Positions 18,607 to 25,823 of a DNA stretch of 64,000 nucleotides are shown here, one piece after another (positions within the stretch are counted from its first letter, which is position 1; every line of letters starts with the position of its first letter). The stretch comes from Patescibacteria group bacterium (lineage in GTDB: Bacteria; Patescibacteriota; Patescibacteriia; Patescibacteriales; GWC2-42-12), in NCBI GenBank assembly GCA_028707005.1, contig JAQTVB010000001.1, forward strand, positions 755-64,754, given 5' to 3'. The position numbers and the translations under genes are program-made. The notes beneath the pieces are model-generated. The model did no database searches. It saw nothing but the letters and a program-made list of their open reading frames with translations, and was not told the DNA's origin.

Positions 18607-18625
18607 GCCTGCCGGTAGGCAGGTT
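18607..18625. promoter_or_regulatory. GC palindrome cctgccggtaggcagg 15 nt upstream of rpmB start; member of a recurrent CCTGCC-Nx-GGCAGG motif
   Basis: Palindrome read directly; similar sites at 22551 and 47205. Confidence 0.4.
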
Positions 18626-18640
18626 CATTATCTATAACTT

Positions 18641-18817
18641 ATGGCTACGAAATGCTCTCTTTGCGGACGGGGTTCGACTCGCGACGCCTCTCGTTCTCAT
18701 TCCAACATTCAAACTTTAAAAAGGCAGCATATTAATCTGCAAGTAAAAAAAATCAACGGCCGCCGGCTGGCGGTCTGCGCCAAATGCATTAAAAGCCTGG
18801 CCAAAAAGAAAAAATAA
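18641..18817 (+). CDS. rpmB: 50S ribosomal protein L28 (58 aa; below the ORF-track size cutoff)
   Basis: Manual translation MATKCSLCGRGSTRDASRSHSNIQTLKRQHINLQVKKINGRRLAVCAKCIKSLAKKKK matches the L28 pattern CxxCGK..GNxVSHxNxKTKRxxxPNLQ. Confidence 0.85.
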   Translation: MATKCSLCGRGSTRDASRSHSNIQTLKRQHINLQVKKINGRRLAVCAKCIKSLAKKKK

Positions 18818-18845
18818 TTTTCTTTTTATTTTATGTCCTCTAAAA

Positions 18846-18875
18846 ATCCCGCCGGTCTCCGGCGGGATTTTTTTA
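18846..18875 (+). terminator. Rho-independent terminator after rpmB (atcccgccggtctccggcgggat + T7); A-run upstream makes it bidirectional
   Basis: 10-bp GC stem plus T-run. Confidence 0.85.
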
Positions 18876-18959
18876 TCTGTATCTTAGGCTGGAAACTTTT
18901 TTTCCTGACTTTTTCCTGTGCTTTTTCCAAGCCATTTTTTTCTTTTTGTTCATATGATT

Positions 18960-19793
18960 TTATATAGCTAACAAAATTATGCCGCCAATCAGCAATATCA
19001 AACAAACCGCCTTAACTAACAAATGCTTTTCATGAAAATAAACCTTGCCGGACGCAACCGACCAAAACACGGCCGAAGACCGAAAAGCCGATAAAATCAC
19101 CGAGGCTGGCGCTAAAACGTAAGCATAGCTGTTTAAAAAAGACGGGATGGCATTAAGCAGAGACTGGAAACAAAAAATTTTCTGCCGAAAAAAAATGAAT
19201 GGATTTTCTTTGGCTTTTAAAAAGGCCATTAGCAATAAAAAAATCAACAAGGCTAAATAGATGATGGTTTGTTCAGCGGCGACCGAATTATAATAAGTAA
19301 TATCGTATTTATACAAGGAAATGGTCGCTACCGCCAAAACGGCCGTGGCTAAAGACAGCCAGGCGCCTTGTTTCTTCACGCCCTGATAAGAAAAAAGCAA
19401 AATTAAAGAAAGGATGATCACGCCGATGCCGGCCATTTGATAATTATTTATTTGATAGTTAAGAAAAAAATCAACCAGCAGCAATAAAGGCATGGTTAAA
19501 ATCCTGATAAAACCATAGGTGCTGCGTTCGGCTTGAGCGATGGCGGTTAAAGAAATATAGGTTAAAATAACCTCCAAAATCGCCCTGATGCTGATCGTGG
19601 GCAAAGAAGCCAGGGAAAAAATAAATTCACGCCGAAAAATATTAACGGCGATAAAAATTAAAGTTACCGTAAAACTATTGACAACCGCCAAACTGTAAAG
19701 GCTTATTTGCTTTTGTTTTAATTCAACCTTAACAAGGGAATTGGAAATTTCATCAAAAAATGTACTGAAAAAAACTATCAAGACTCCAAACAT
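18960..19793 (-). CDS. Polytopic membrane protein, probably DMT/EamA-like transporter (about 10 TM)
   Basis: Hydrophobic periodicity, 277 aa; family assignment tentative. Confidence 0.5.
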   Translation of the reverse strand: MFGVLIVFFSTFFDEISNSLVKVELKQKQISLYSLAVVNSFTVTLIFIAVNIFRREFIFSLASLPTISIRAILEVILTYISLTAIAQAERSTYGFIRILTMPLLLLVDFFLNYQINNYQMAGIGVIILSLILLFSYQGVKKQGAWLSLATAVLAVATISLYKYDITYYNSVAAEQTIIYLALLIFLLLMAFLKAKENPFIFFRQKIFCFQSLLNAIPSFLNSYAYVLAPASVILSAFRSSAVFWSVASGKVYFHEKHLLVKAVCLILLIGGIILLAI

Positions 19794-19797
19794 ATTT

Positions 19798-20082
19798 TTA
19801 ATTTTTTGTAGTAACGGAAAAACTTCGTCCGTCCTCGGCTAATTTTAACTTGGCAAACCGGCCGGCCGCACCGCGCCACTCGTTCGCGAAGCCCCAGCCG
19901 TTCCAGCGCCACAGCGCGAGATACTCGCCCCGGCAAATGTATTTATCATCATACTCCCCTTCTATAACGATCAATTCCGGCTTCTTATCCCCGTCAAAAT
20001 CGCTGAACAAAAATTCGCAGTTCGGTTTTTCTAAATTTGACGACTGCCAGAGCGGTCTTACGGTATCGGCGGCGAAGCGCAT
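19798..20082 (-). CDS. Hypothetical protein with FG-GAP/VCBS-like DFDGDKKPEL motif
   Basis: ORF; short motif only. Confidence 0.4.
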   Translation of the reverse strand: MRFAADTVRPLWQSSNLEKPNCEFLFSDFDGDKKPELIVIEGEYDDKYICRGEYLALWRWNGWGFANEWRGAAGRFAKLKLAEDGRSFSVTTKN

Positions 20083-20103
20083 GTTGATTAATAATTTAAC
20101 AGG

Positions 20104-21147
20104 CTAGCCCCTGGTTTCTTTATTATTCACAAAAGAAGCGTAGATATCCAACAAGGCGAACAACAGGCTTAAGATGATTGGGCCCAAGAGGAAGCCAATC
20201 GGACCGAACAAAACGATGCCGCCAAGAACTGACAAAAGAATCAGCAAAGGATGGAGTTCCATGCCGCGGCCAATAAGCTTGGGCCCGAGCAAATTATCAA
20301 TCAGCCCGACCGCCAGCATGCCCCAAAGCGCCAGTCCGCAGGCGGAAAAATAGCGGCCGCCCACAAAAAGAAAAATTATCGTTGGAATAAAGACCAGTGA
20401 AGTGCCAAACGTCGGAATAAGCGCGGCCACGGCCGCGGCCGTGCCCCAAAGCACGGCGTTGGGCACGCCGAAAATGGTAAAGCCGATCGCGGTTAACGTG
20501 CCCTGAATAATGGCAATCAAAAGATTGCCCCTGACGACCGAGCTCATGGCCAGCTCCAGCCTCTTGATGATGGTTTCATCGTCTTTATCGTTAAGCGGAC
20601 TTAAAGCGATGATTTTTTTTCTAAGCTTTGGCCCGTCTTTCAAAAGGTAATAAAGCGAAATTAAAAATAAAAAAGCCGTGGCGACGATATTGGCGAAGTT
20701 GGAAAAAACCACGCCTAAATTGGCCAAAAACCAGCTTAAGCCTTGTTGAAAATATTGGCCGAAATTAAGGGAAAATTCCGGCAAATCCGGAAAACGTTCG
20801 CGGAAATCGTTCATCAAAACATTTAAAGCGTTAAAAATACTGTCCGTGCCGCCGCCCGCGGCCAGATATAAATATAGATCCCTGGCTTCTTTTAAAATCT
20901 GCGCCCCGACAAACAGCAAAGGCGTGAAGATTAGAACTAAAATTGTAGCTACTGTCGCCAACGCCGCCGCGGCTTCATGATGGAAAAAATACTTCAGCAT
21001 CTTGCGGTAAAGCGGCTGGAACAAAACGGCGAAAACCACGGCCAAGGTAAAAGCGAACAGAAACGGCTTTAAAATTAAAAACGACAAAACCAACGTAGTG
21101 GCCAAAAGAATCAATAAAAAATAAAATTGCGGCTTTTGGTTGTTCAT
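20104..21147 (-). CDS. AI-2E family transporter (PerM/UPF0118-like permease)
   Basis: 347 aa, 8 TM pattern, conserved loop and TM arrangement of the AI-2E family. Confidence 0.7.
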   Translation of the reverse strand: MNNQKPQFYFLLILLATTLVLSFLILKPFLFAFTLAVVFAVLFQPLYRKMLKYFFHHEAAAALATVATILVLIFTPLLFVGAQILKEARDLYLYLAAGGGTDSIFNALNVLMNDFRERFPDLPEFSLNFGQYFQQGLSWFLANLGVVFSNFANIVATAFLFLISLYYLLKDGPKLRKKIIALSPLNDKDDETIIKRLELAMSSVVRGNLLIAIIQGTLTAIGFTIFGVPNAVLWGTAAAVAALIPTFGTSLVFIPTIIFLFVGGRYFSACGLALWGMLAVGLIDNLLGPKLIGRGMELHPLLILLSVLGGIVLFGPIGFLLGPIILSLLFALLDIYASFVNNKETRG

Positions 21148-21175
21148 ATAATTTATTAAATTTTAAAAATATTAC

Positions 21176-21249
21176 TGGTCGGGGTGCGCGGAATCGGACC
21201 GCGGCTACAAGCACCCCATGCTCGCGTACTGCCACTATACGACACCCCG
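21176..21249 (-). tRNA. tRNA-Pro (anticodon GGG), 74 nt with encoded CCA, C1:G72 pair, G37
   Basis: Manual cloverleaf: CGGGGTG acceptor, D stem GTAT/GTAC, anticodon stem CGAGC/GCTTG with loop AUGGGGU, T arm CGCGG-TCCGATT-CCGCG, ACCA. The overlapping ORF 20975..21259 is spurious. Confidence 0.85.
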
Positions 21250-21384
21250 AAAAAAGCAAAAATTTAACAGGACAATGCGGGAGTTACCGTTATATTGCCC
21301 CCCGTCGCATTACCGGGGCTACAGCCCGCTAATCTTATTTTATCATTATAGCATAATCATAAGCCAAATTTACAAATTTTTGCA

Positions 21385-21425
21385 AATAAAAAAAGACCCG
21401 GCGTTGCTTTGCGCATCCGCCGGGT
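21385..21425 (-). terminator. Minus-strand intrinsic terminator (cccggcgttgctttgcgcatccgccggg, then T10 on minus) terminating transcription coming from the GC-rich segment 21539-22140
   Basis: GC stem plus A10 on plus strand. Confidence 0.7.
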
Positions 21426-21538
21426 GTGTAGCTCGCTTGAGCTGAAGTAAATCAGTCATTTAGCAGAACACTTAATTGAATTGAGCGTCCTGGCCAAAAA
21501 CTGAAAAACCATAGAAAGTAAATTACGCTTTGTTGTTT

Positions 21539-22140
21539 TTACCCGCACGGAGCGGGTGGTAGCGTGGCCATTGGCGCCTGCTCGTTCGACGCAGGCAGAC
21601 GCAGATTGGAGCGATGAATCCGAAATGGTAGAGGAGAGCCTGCTACCATGAAGTCCACTTCAGAATCGTTCGAAGCGGGATTCCCGGTTATTCTCACCGC
21701 GCTTCCTGCTTCTATGCGCAGCGTCCTTCCGGCCGGCTGCCCTCCCGCCGGCGACATTTCCAGCGCGAAGTTGGCCGGCTGCACAAAGATCGCTCGATCC
21801 CCCTTGCGAAACACTGCTACTGACTGTATTTGTTGCATAGTTATACTCTTTCAGATCGTTGCCTGCGAACCGTAATTCGGGATGTGTAAATCTCCGACCC
21901 AGACTAAGGCCGGCGATTTGGTCTTAGGATCCTTGAGGCTAATACGGGCCAGTTCAATTCGGCCGTGGCCGTTTCTAACCTTTAGCCTCCCCCTGACACT
22001 AAATTTTACGCTAGGATCAATGCGAAACCCCGAGTACCGGCATCTTCTCTTTGATCTTCTCCGGCACAGCCTGTAACAGTGAGCTATCCAATTAGTATGC
22101 ATCCGCCTGCCAATGAGCTGTTGTTTGTTTTTTTTCATAG
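21539..22140 (-). other. Anomalous GC-rich (~55-60%) 600-bp segment with overlapping ORFs on both strands (99, 95, 75, 64 aa), none protein-like. It is bracketed by terminators; candidate ncRNA, decayed gene or foreign DNA next to tRNA-Pro.
   Basis: Composition shift and ORF-track pattern; no conserved RNA motif identified. Confidence 0.3.
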
Positions 22141-22230
22141 TTTTTGTTATTACCGCGAATATTGGCGCTCCAAAAGTTCACCCTCTGAATAGCCAATTGC
22201 GCGATAATAACGAATTTTCAAAGAACATAT

Positions 22231-22270
22231 AAAAACTGGCTCCCCGTTAAGAGAGCCAGTTTTTGTTTTC
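22231..22270. terminator. Bidirectional intrinsic terminator (ctggctccccgttaagagagccag flanked by A5 and TTTTTGTTTT)
   Basis: 8-bp stem and flanking runs. Confidence 0.7.
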
Positions 22271-22620
22271 CCTAGTGAGTTTTAACTTAATCAATTCGTT
22301 AAAACACCACAAAAAACTGCTCTCCCTAGCGAGAACCAATAAAAGTAAAATGAAAAAACAGTTTTTTGTATGGTCTTAAGCATAATTATTAAATTTTTAT
22401 CAACCCGACTTTGGCGCGAGCACCTAAACTCTCATTCGGATGATCGCAATTTGTAGAATGCGAGTCTAATCATACCTGTGGATAATTATAGCAAATTGTA
22501 CATAAAAAGCAAGTTATTCTGTAAATTATATATTCGCATGTGCCCCTATTTGCCTGCCTGCCGGCAGGCGGGTAGTGGGGCTCCGCCGCAGGCGGACAAC
22601 CAAAATATGGCTAATTTTAG

Positions 22621-22657
22621 AAAAAAAGAGGGGTGACCGACATCTGCCGATCACCCC
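22621..22657 (-). terminator. Minus-strand terminator after hypothetical gene 22676-22981 (ggggtga...tcacccc, then T7)
   Basis: Hairpin plus A7 on plus strand. Confidence 0.7.
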
Positions 22658-22675
22658 GTGTTCATCCCCCCGTGT

Positions 22676-22981
22676 TCAGCCCCGTTTCCCTTCCTGGGCT
22701 TTTTTCTGTCTTCGCTCAATCTGGCGCCCGTAGGATTCTTGAATCATGCTCCAGGCTTGTTCCCTGGAAATTCTCGGACCACGAGGAATGGCCGCCTTCC
22801 TTAATCCCGGATAGAACCCGGCCAGCACTGCATGCAGGCTGTCGCGCGCCGCCGCTACCCAGCTAGAGGCGCAATTAACTCCTACCCACCAAGTCTTGTT
22901 GTCGACAGAAACTCGGATATTGGCTGCCCCCTGCTCATGACCGACCACGCACTCCAACACTTGAAAACTGTTGTTTTTCAT
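22676..22981 (-). CDS. Hypothetical GC-rich protein (101 aa)
   Basis: ORF followed by its own terminator; GC-rich island. Confidence 0.45.
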   Translation of the reverse strand: MKNNSFQVLECVVGHEQGAANIRVSVDNKTWWVGVNCASSWVAAARDSLHAVLAGFYPGLRKAAIPRGPRISREQAWSMIQESYGRQIERRQKKAQEGKRG

Positions 22982-23009
22982 CTTGCTTCTCCTTCCTGTA
23001 ATGGCCCGG

Positions 23010-23345
23010 CTAATCCCCTTGGCCGCACTTATGCCCCGGTATCTGATCAGTAAAATCGCACTCCAGCCTGGCGTAGATTCTCTCCACGTCCCACTCTGCG
23101 GTATTAACTGACACCGGCCGCAACTGACAAATGAAAAGTTCGCTCAAAGCGAAAGCCATGGCATGGCTCACAGCCTCGGCCGGCGATTTTCCTATGAAAC
23201 AACTCGTAACACTACGGCCATCCCTGGACTTCATCGTTACTTCGGCCTTGATGGTGCACCTGGAACCGACACGCCCAATGGTAACCAAGTATCTTTCCAT
23301 AGTGAACAGCTTGCTCACACTAACGTCTTGTAAAGTTTGTTGCAT
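23010..23345 (-). CDS. Hypothetical GC-rich protein (111 aa), forms two-gene cassette with 22676-22981
   Basis: ORF 28 bp upstream of partner; the (caagaaaa)n repeat lies upstream at 23346-23420. Confidence 0.45.
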   Translation of the reverse strand: MQQTLQDVSVSKLFTMERYLVTIGRVGSRCTIKAEVTMKSRDGRSVTSCFIGKSPAEAVSHAMAFALSELFICQLRPVSVNTAEWDVERIYARLECDFTDQIPGHKCGQGD

Positions 23346-23504
23346 TTGTTTTTCTCTTTCCTTTTTGTTTTCTTGATTGTTTTTTTGTTTTCTTGATTTT
23401 TTGATTTTTTGTTCTCTTGTTTATTTAATTACCGAAAACCGCCAACCAGCCAGATTCGCTCATAAGCCGTTTACGATAATTAAGCCGGTTGTTGAAAGAG
23501 CGAT

Positions 23505-23532
23505 AAAAAACCGCCCCGATAGCTTGGGGCGG
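23505..23532 (-). terminator. Minus-strand terminator downstream of ndk (ccgccccgatagcttggggcgg, then T6)
   Basis: 7-bp GC stem plus A6 on plus strand. Confidence 0.7.
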
Positions 23533-23563
23533 CTTTGTATGTAAATTATTTTTTCACGATTTT

Positions 23564-23654
23564 ACACCGCCCCATAATCAATAGCAATAAGGCCCTTAAC
23601 CTTAATAATAATGGCGATAATCATGCTAATGATTTGTCCGGCGGTCTTAAACAT
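23564..23654 (-). CDS. Possible 30-aa hydrophobic peptide (MFKTAGQIISMIIAIIIKVKGLIAIDYGAV) between ndk and its terminator
   Basis: Manual translation; single TM-like helix; could be spurious. Confidence 0.2.
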
Positions 23655-23703
23655 ATTATGAATCTTAGCGAACAATAATTTATTTGTCAAATAATAATTC
23701 GTA

Positions 23704-24315
23704 TTATTCCTTCAGGCCGTCTAGATTGACGTCATATAAAATCTGCTCGGCAATCAAACGATAATTATGCAATTCTTCTTTTTTAAACCAAATTTTTATT
23801 TCCTTCTCCGCTTCTTCGGCCGAGCCGGAAGCATGAATCAAATTTCTCACGCTGCGCTGATCCAAGTCGGCCATGGCGTAGGAGTCTAAGGTCAAATCTC
23901 CTCTGATCGTGCCGACATCCGAGGTCAACGGTTCGGTTGAGCCGGTAATTTTTCTGACAATCGCCACCGCGCCATTGCCCTGCCAAACCATAATGATCAC
24001 CGGGCCGGAGCTTAAATATTTGGCATTGCTCATCATCACCGCTTTGCCGTTGTCCATATTAGTCTTATAGGGAGAAGTCAAGCCTTTTTTTTCATAAGCC
24101 GCCCGCGCCTTGCGTCCGACTTCTTCCAGCCAGGCGTCGCCGCCCACTTCATAATAATGCTTAATCGCCATTTTCTCCGTCGGGATAGCCATTTTCAGGC
24201 CGGTAAGTTTTAAACCGGTCCGCTCATAACGATGAATTAATTCGCCGATCAGCGATCTTTGGACGCCGTCCGGCTTAACAATAACCAAGGTTCTTTCTTG
24301 TTTGGGATGATTCAT
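23704..24315 (-). CDS. ndk: Nucleoside diphosphate kinase (203 aa, with insertions)
   Basis: ERTLVIVKPDGVQRSLIGELIHRYE, SGPVIIMVWQG, TIRGD motifs. Confidence 0.85.
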   Translation of the reverse strand: MNHPKQERTLVIVKPDGVQRSLIGELIHRYERTGLKLTGLKMAIPTEKMAIKHYYEVGGDAWLEEVGRKARAAYEKKGLTSPYKTNMDNGKAVMMSNAKYLSSGPVIIMVWQGNGAVAIVRKITGSTEPLTSDVGTIRGDLTLDSYAMADLDQRSVRNLIHASGSAEEAEKEIKIWFKKEELHNYRLIAEQILYDVNLDGLKE

Positions 24316-24424
24316 ATAATTTATTCAAACGAATTACGCGGATACAAAGTTGCCGAGAAAAAATCGAAGCTTCACTGATTCTGGCATTCGTAAATTCGTA
24401 CCCGATTCGTAATTCGTATTATTA

Positions 24425-24796
24425 TTATTTCAAAATATTTTTAACCTTCTCGCTTACTTCGGCCGGCGTCAAGCTGGCCTTAACCAAATAATCGGCCGCG
24501 CCCATTTTTTTCCCTTTGATTTTATCGTCTTCGGTGCCCAAATTAGTAAGCATGATTACCGGAATATGCTTGGTAGTCTGACCTTTTTTGATTTCCTCAA
24601 GCACGGAAAAACCGTCCAGCCCGGGTAAAATGACATCCAACATAATAATGTCCGGCTTTTCGCTCTTGGCCAAACTAAGCCCGACGGCTCCGTCCTGGGC
24701 GGTTAAAACTTTAAAACCATCAGCCGTAAATTTAGCTTGATAAATTGAACTGATCGTTGCATCATCCTCCACTAATAAAATCTTTTTGTTGTCCAT
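24425..24796 (-). CDS. Single-domain response regulator (CheY-like receiver); start at MDNKKILLVEDD
   Basis: LLVEDD, DIIMLDVILPGLDG and TNLG..K receiver-domain motifs. Confidence 0.85.
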   Translation of the reverse strand: MDNKKILLVEDDATISSIYQAKFTADGFKVLTAQDGAVGLSLAKSEKPDIIMLDVILPGLDGFSVLEEIKKGQTTKHIPVIMLTNLGTEDDKIKGKKMGAADYLVKASLTPAEVSEKVKNILK

Positions 24797-24893
24797 AGCC
24801 GTGAAAAAAATAATAATAAAATTACACCTTAGATGGTGATTTGCTTTCAATTATAACAGTTTTTTGATAAATTGCAACCGGCTTATCAAGCCT

Positions 24894-25823
24894 CTATTTT
24901 TTGATGATTTTCCGGCCATCGCTCGCCAGTCTGATTGTTCCCTCCAAATCAGTGCGATAAATTTTTGCGCCTTGCCGTTCGATTCTTTTTATTGTTCTTA
25001 AGCTGGGGTGGCCGAATTGATTGTCCCGGCCGACTGCAATCACGGCAATATCCGGCCGAACCAATTTAAGAAATGCTTCGCCGGTGGAATAGCTTGATCC
25101 ATGATGACCGACCTTTAAAACATCGGCTGGCAGATCAACGCCGGCGGCAATCAAGGCATCCTCAACTTCCGCTCCCGCGTCGCCGGTCAAGAGGATCTTC
25201 TTCTGGCCATAAATCAGTTTGCTGATTATGGAACTTTGATTTAAATCCTTGATGGCGCGATTCAACAGGCTGGAATTGGGATAAAGTATCTCCAGGCGGG
25301 TGTTCTCGCCCAAAGCTATAGTTTGCGCCCGATCAACTATCTCCAGCGGCACTTTTTTATCACGCACCAGCTTAAGCCAGCTTAAATAGTTGGGCGCGTT
25401 ATGCGTTACGCCGGTGTATAAAATCTTTTTCACCTGATATCTTTTTAAAACTTCTATCAGCCCGGTTACATGATCATCATGCGGATGCGTAAGAATCATT
25501 AGATCAATTTCCTTGTCCCACCAAGCCAAATTTTCCGAGAGCCGCCTTACCACGGTTTTATCCGGCCCGCCGTCTATTAAAACATTTTGTCCGGCCGGCG
25601 TTTTAATTAAAATCGCATCGCCCTGGCCCACGTCCAAAAAATCCGCTTCCAGCTTTTGCGGCTGGCTCCAGTAAAGCCAAAACAAAGGAATAGCGACCAA
25701 TATAGCCGCTATTCCCAGTATGAGAAAAATTTTACATAGTTTGGCAGACACAAAAAAATTTTCAATTTTAAATTTTTGAATTATTTTGAAAATTGATAAT
25801 TGATAATTGAAAATTATCCTCAC
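24894..25823 (-). CDS. MBL-fold metallo-hydrolase, ComEC C-terminal domain-like (stand-alone), N-terminal TM anchor
   Basis: LDVGQGDAILIKTP...THPHDDHVTG metallo-beta-lactamase motif, as found in the ComEC/Rec2 C-terminus. Confidence 0.75.
   Translation of the reverse strand: MRIIFNYQLSIFKIIQKFKIENFFVSAKLCKIFLILGIAAILVAIPLFWLYWSQPQKLEADFLDVGQGDAILIKTPAGQNVLIDGGPDKTVVRRLSENLAWWDKEIDLMILTHPHDDHVTGLIEVLKRYQVKKILYTGVTHNAPNYLSWLKLVRDKKVPLEIVDRAQTIALGENTRLEILYPNSSLLNRAIKDLNQSSIISKLIYGQKKILLTGDAGAEVEDALIAAGVDLPADVLKVGHHGSSYSTGEAFLKLVRPDIAVIAVGRDNQFGHPSLRTIKRIERQGAKIYRTDLEGTIRLASDGRKIIKK

Noticed and set aside
18650-18690. ggacggggttcgactc resembling a tmRNA/tRNA T-arm
   Set aside because: Lies inside the rpmB coding frame and no complementary stem or CCA follows.
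20975-21259. ORF 20975..21259 (-)
   Set aside because: Overlaps tRNA-Pro (21176-21249) and the 3' end of the AI-2E transporter; spurious.
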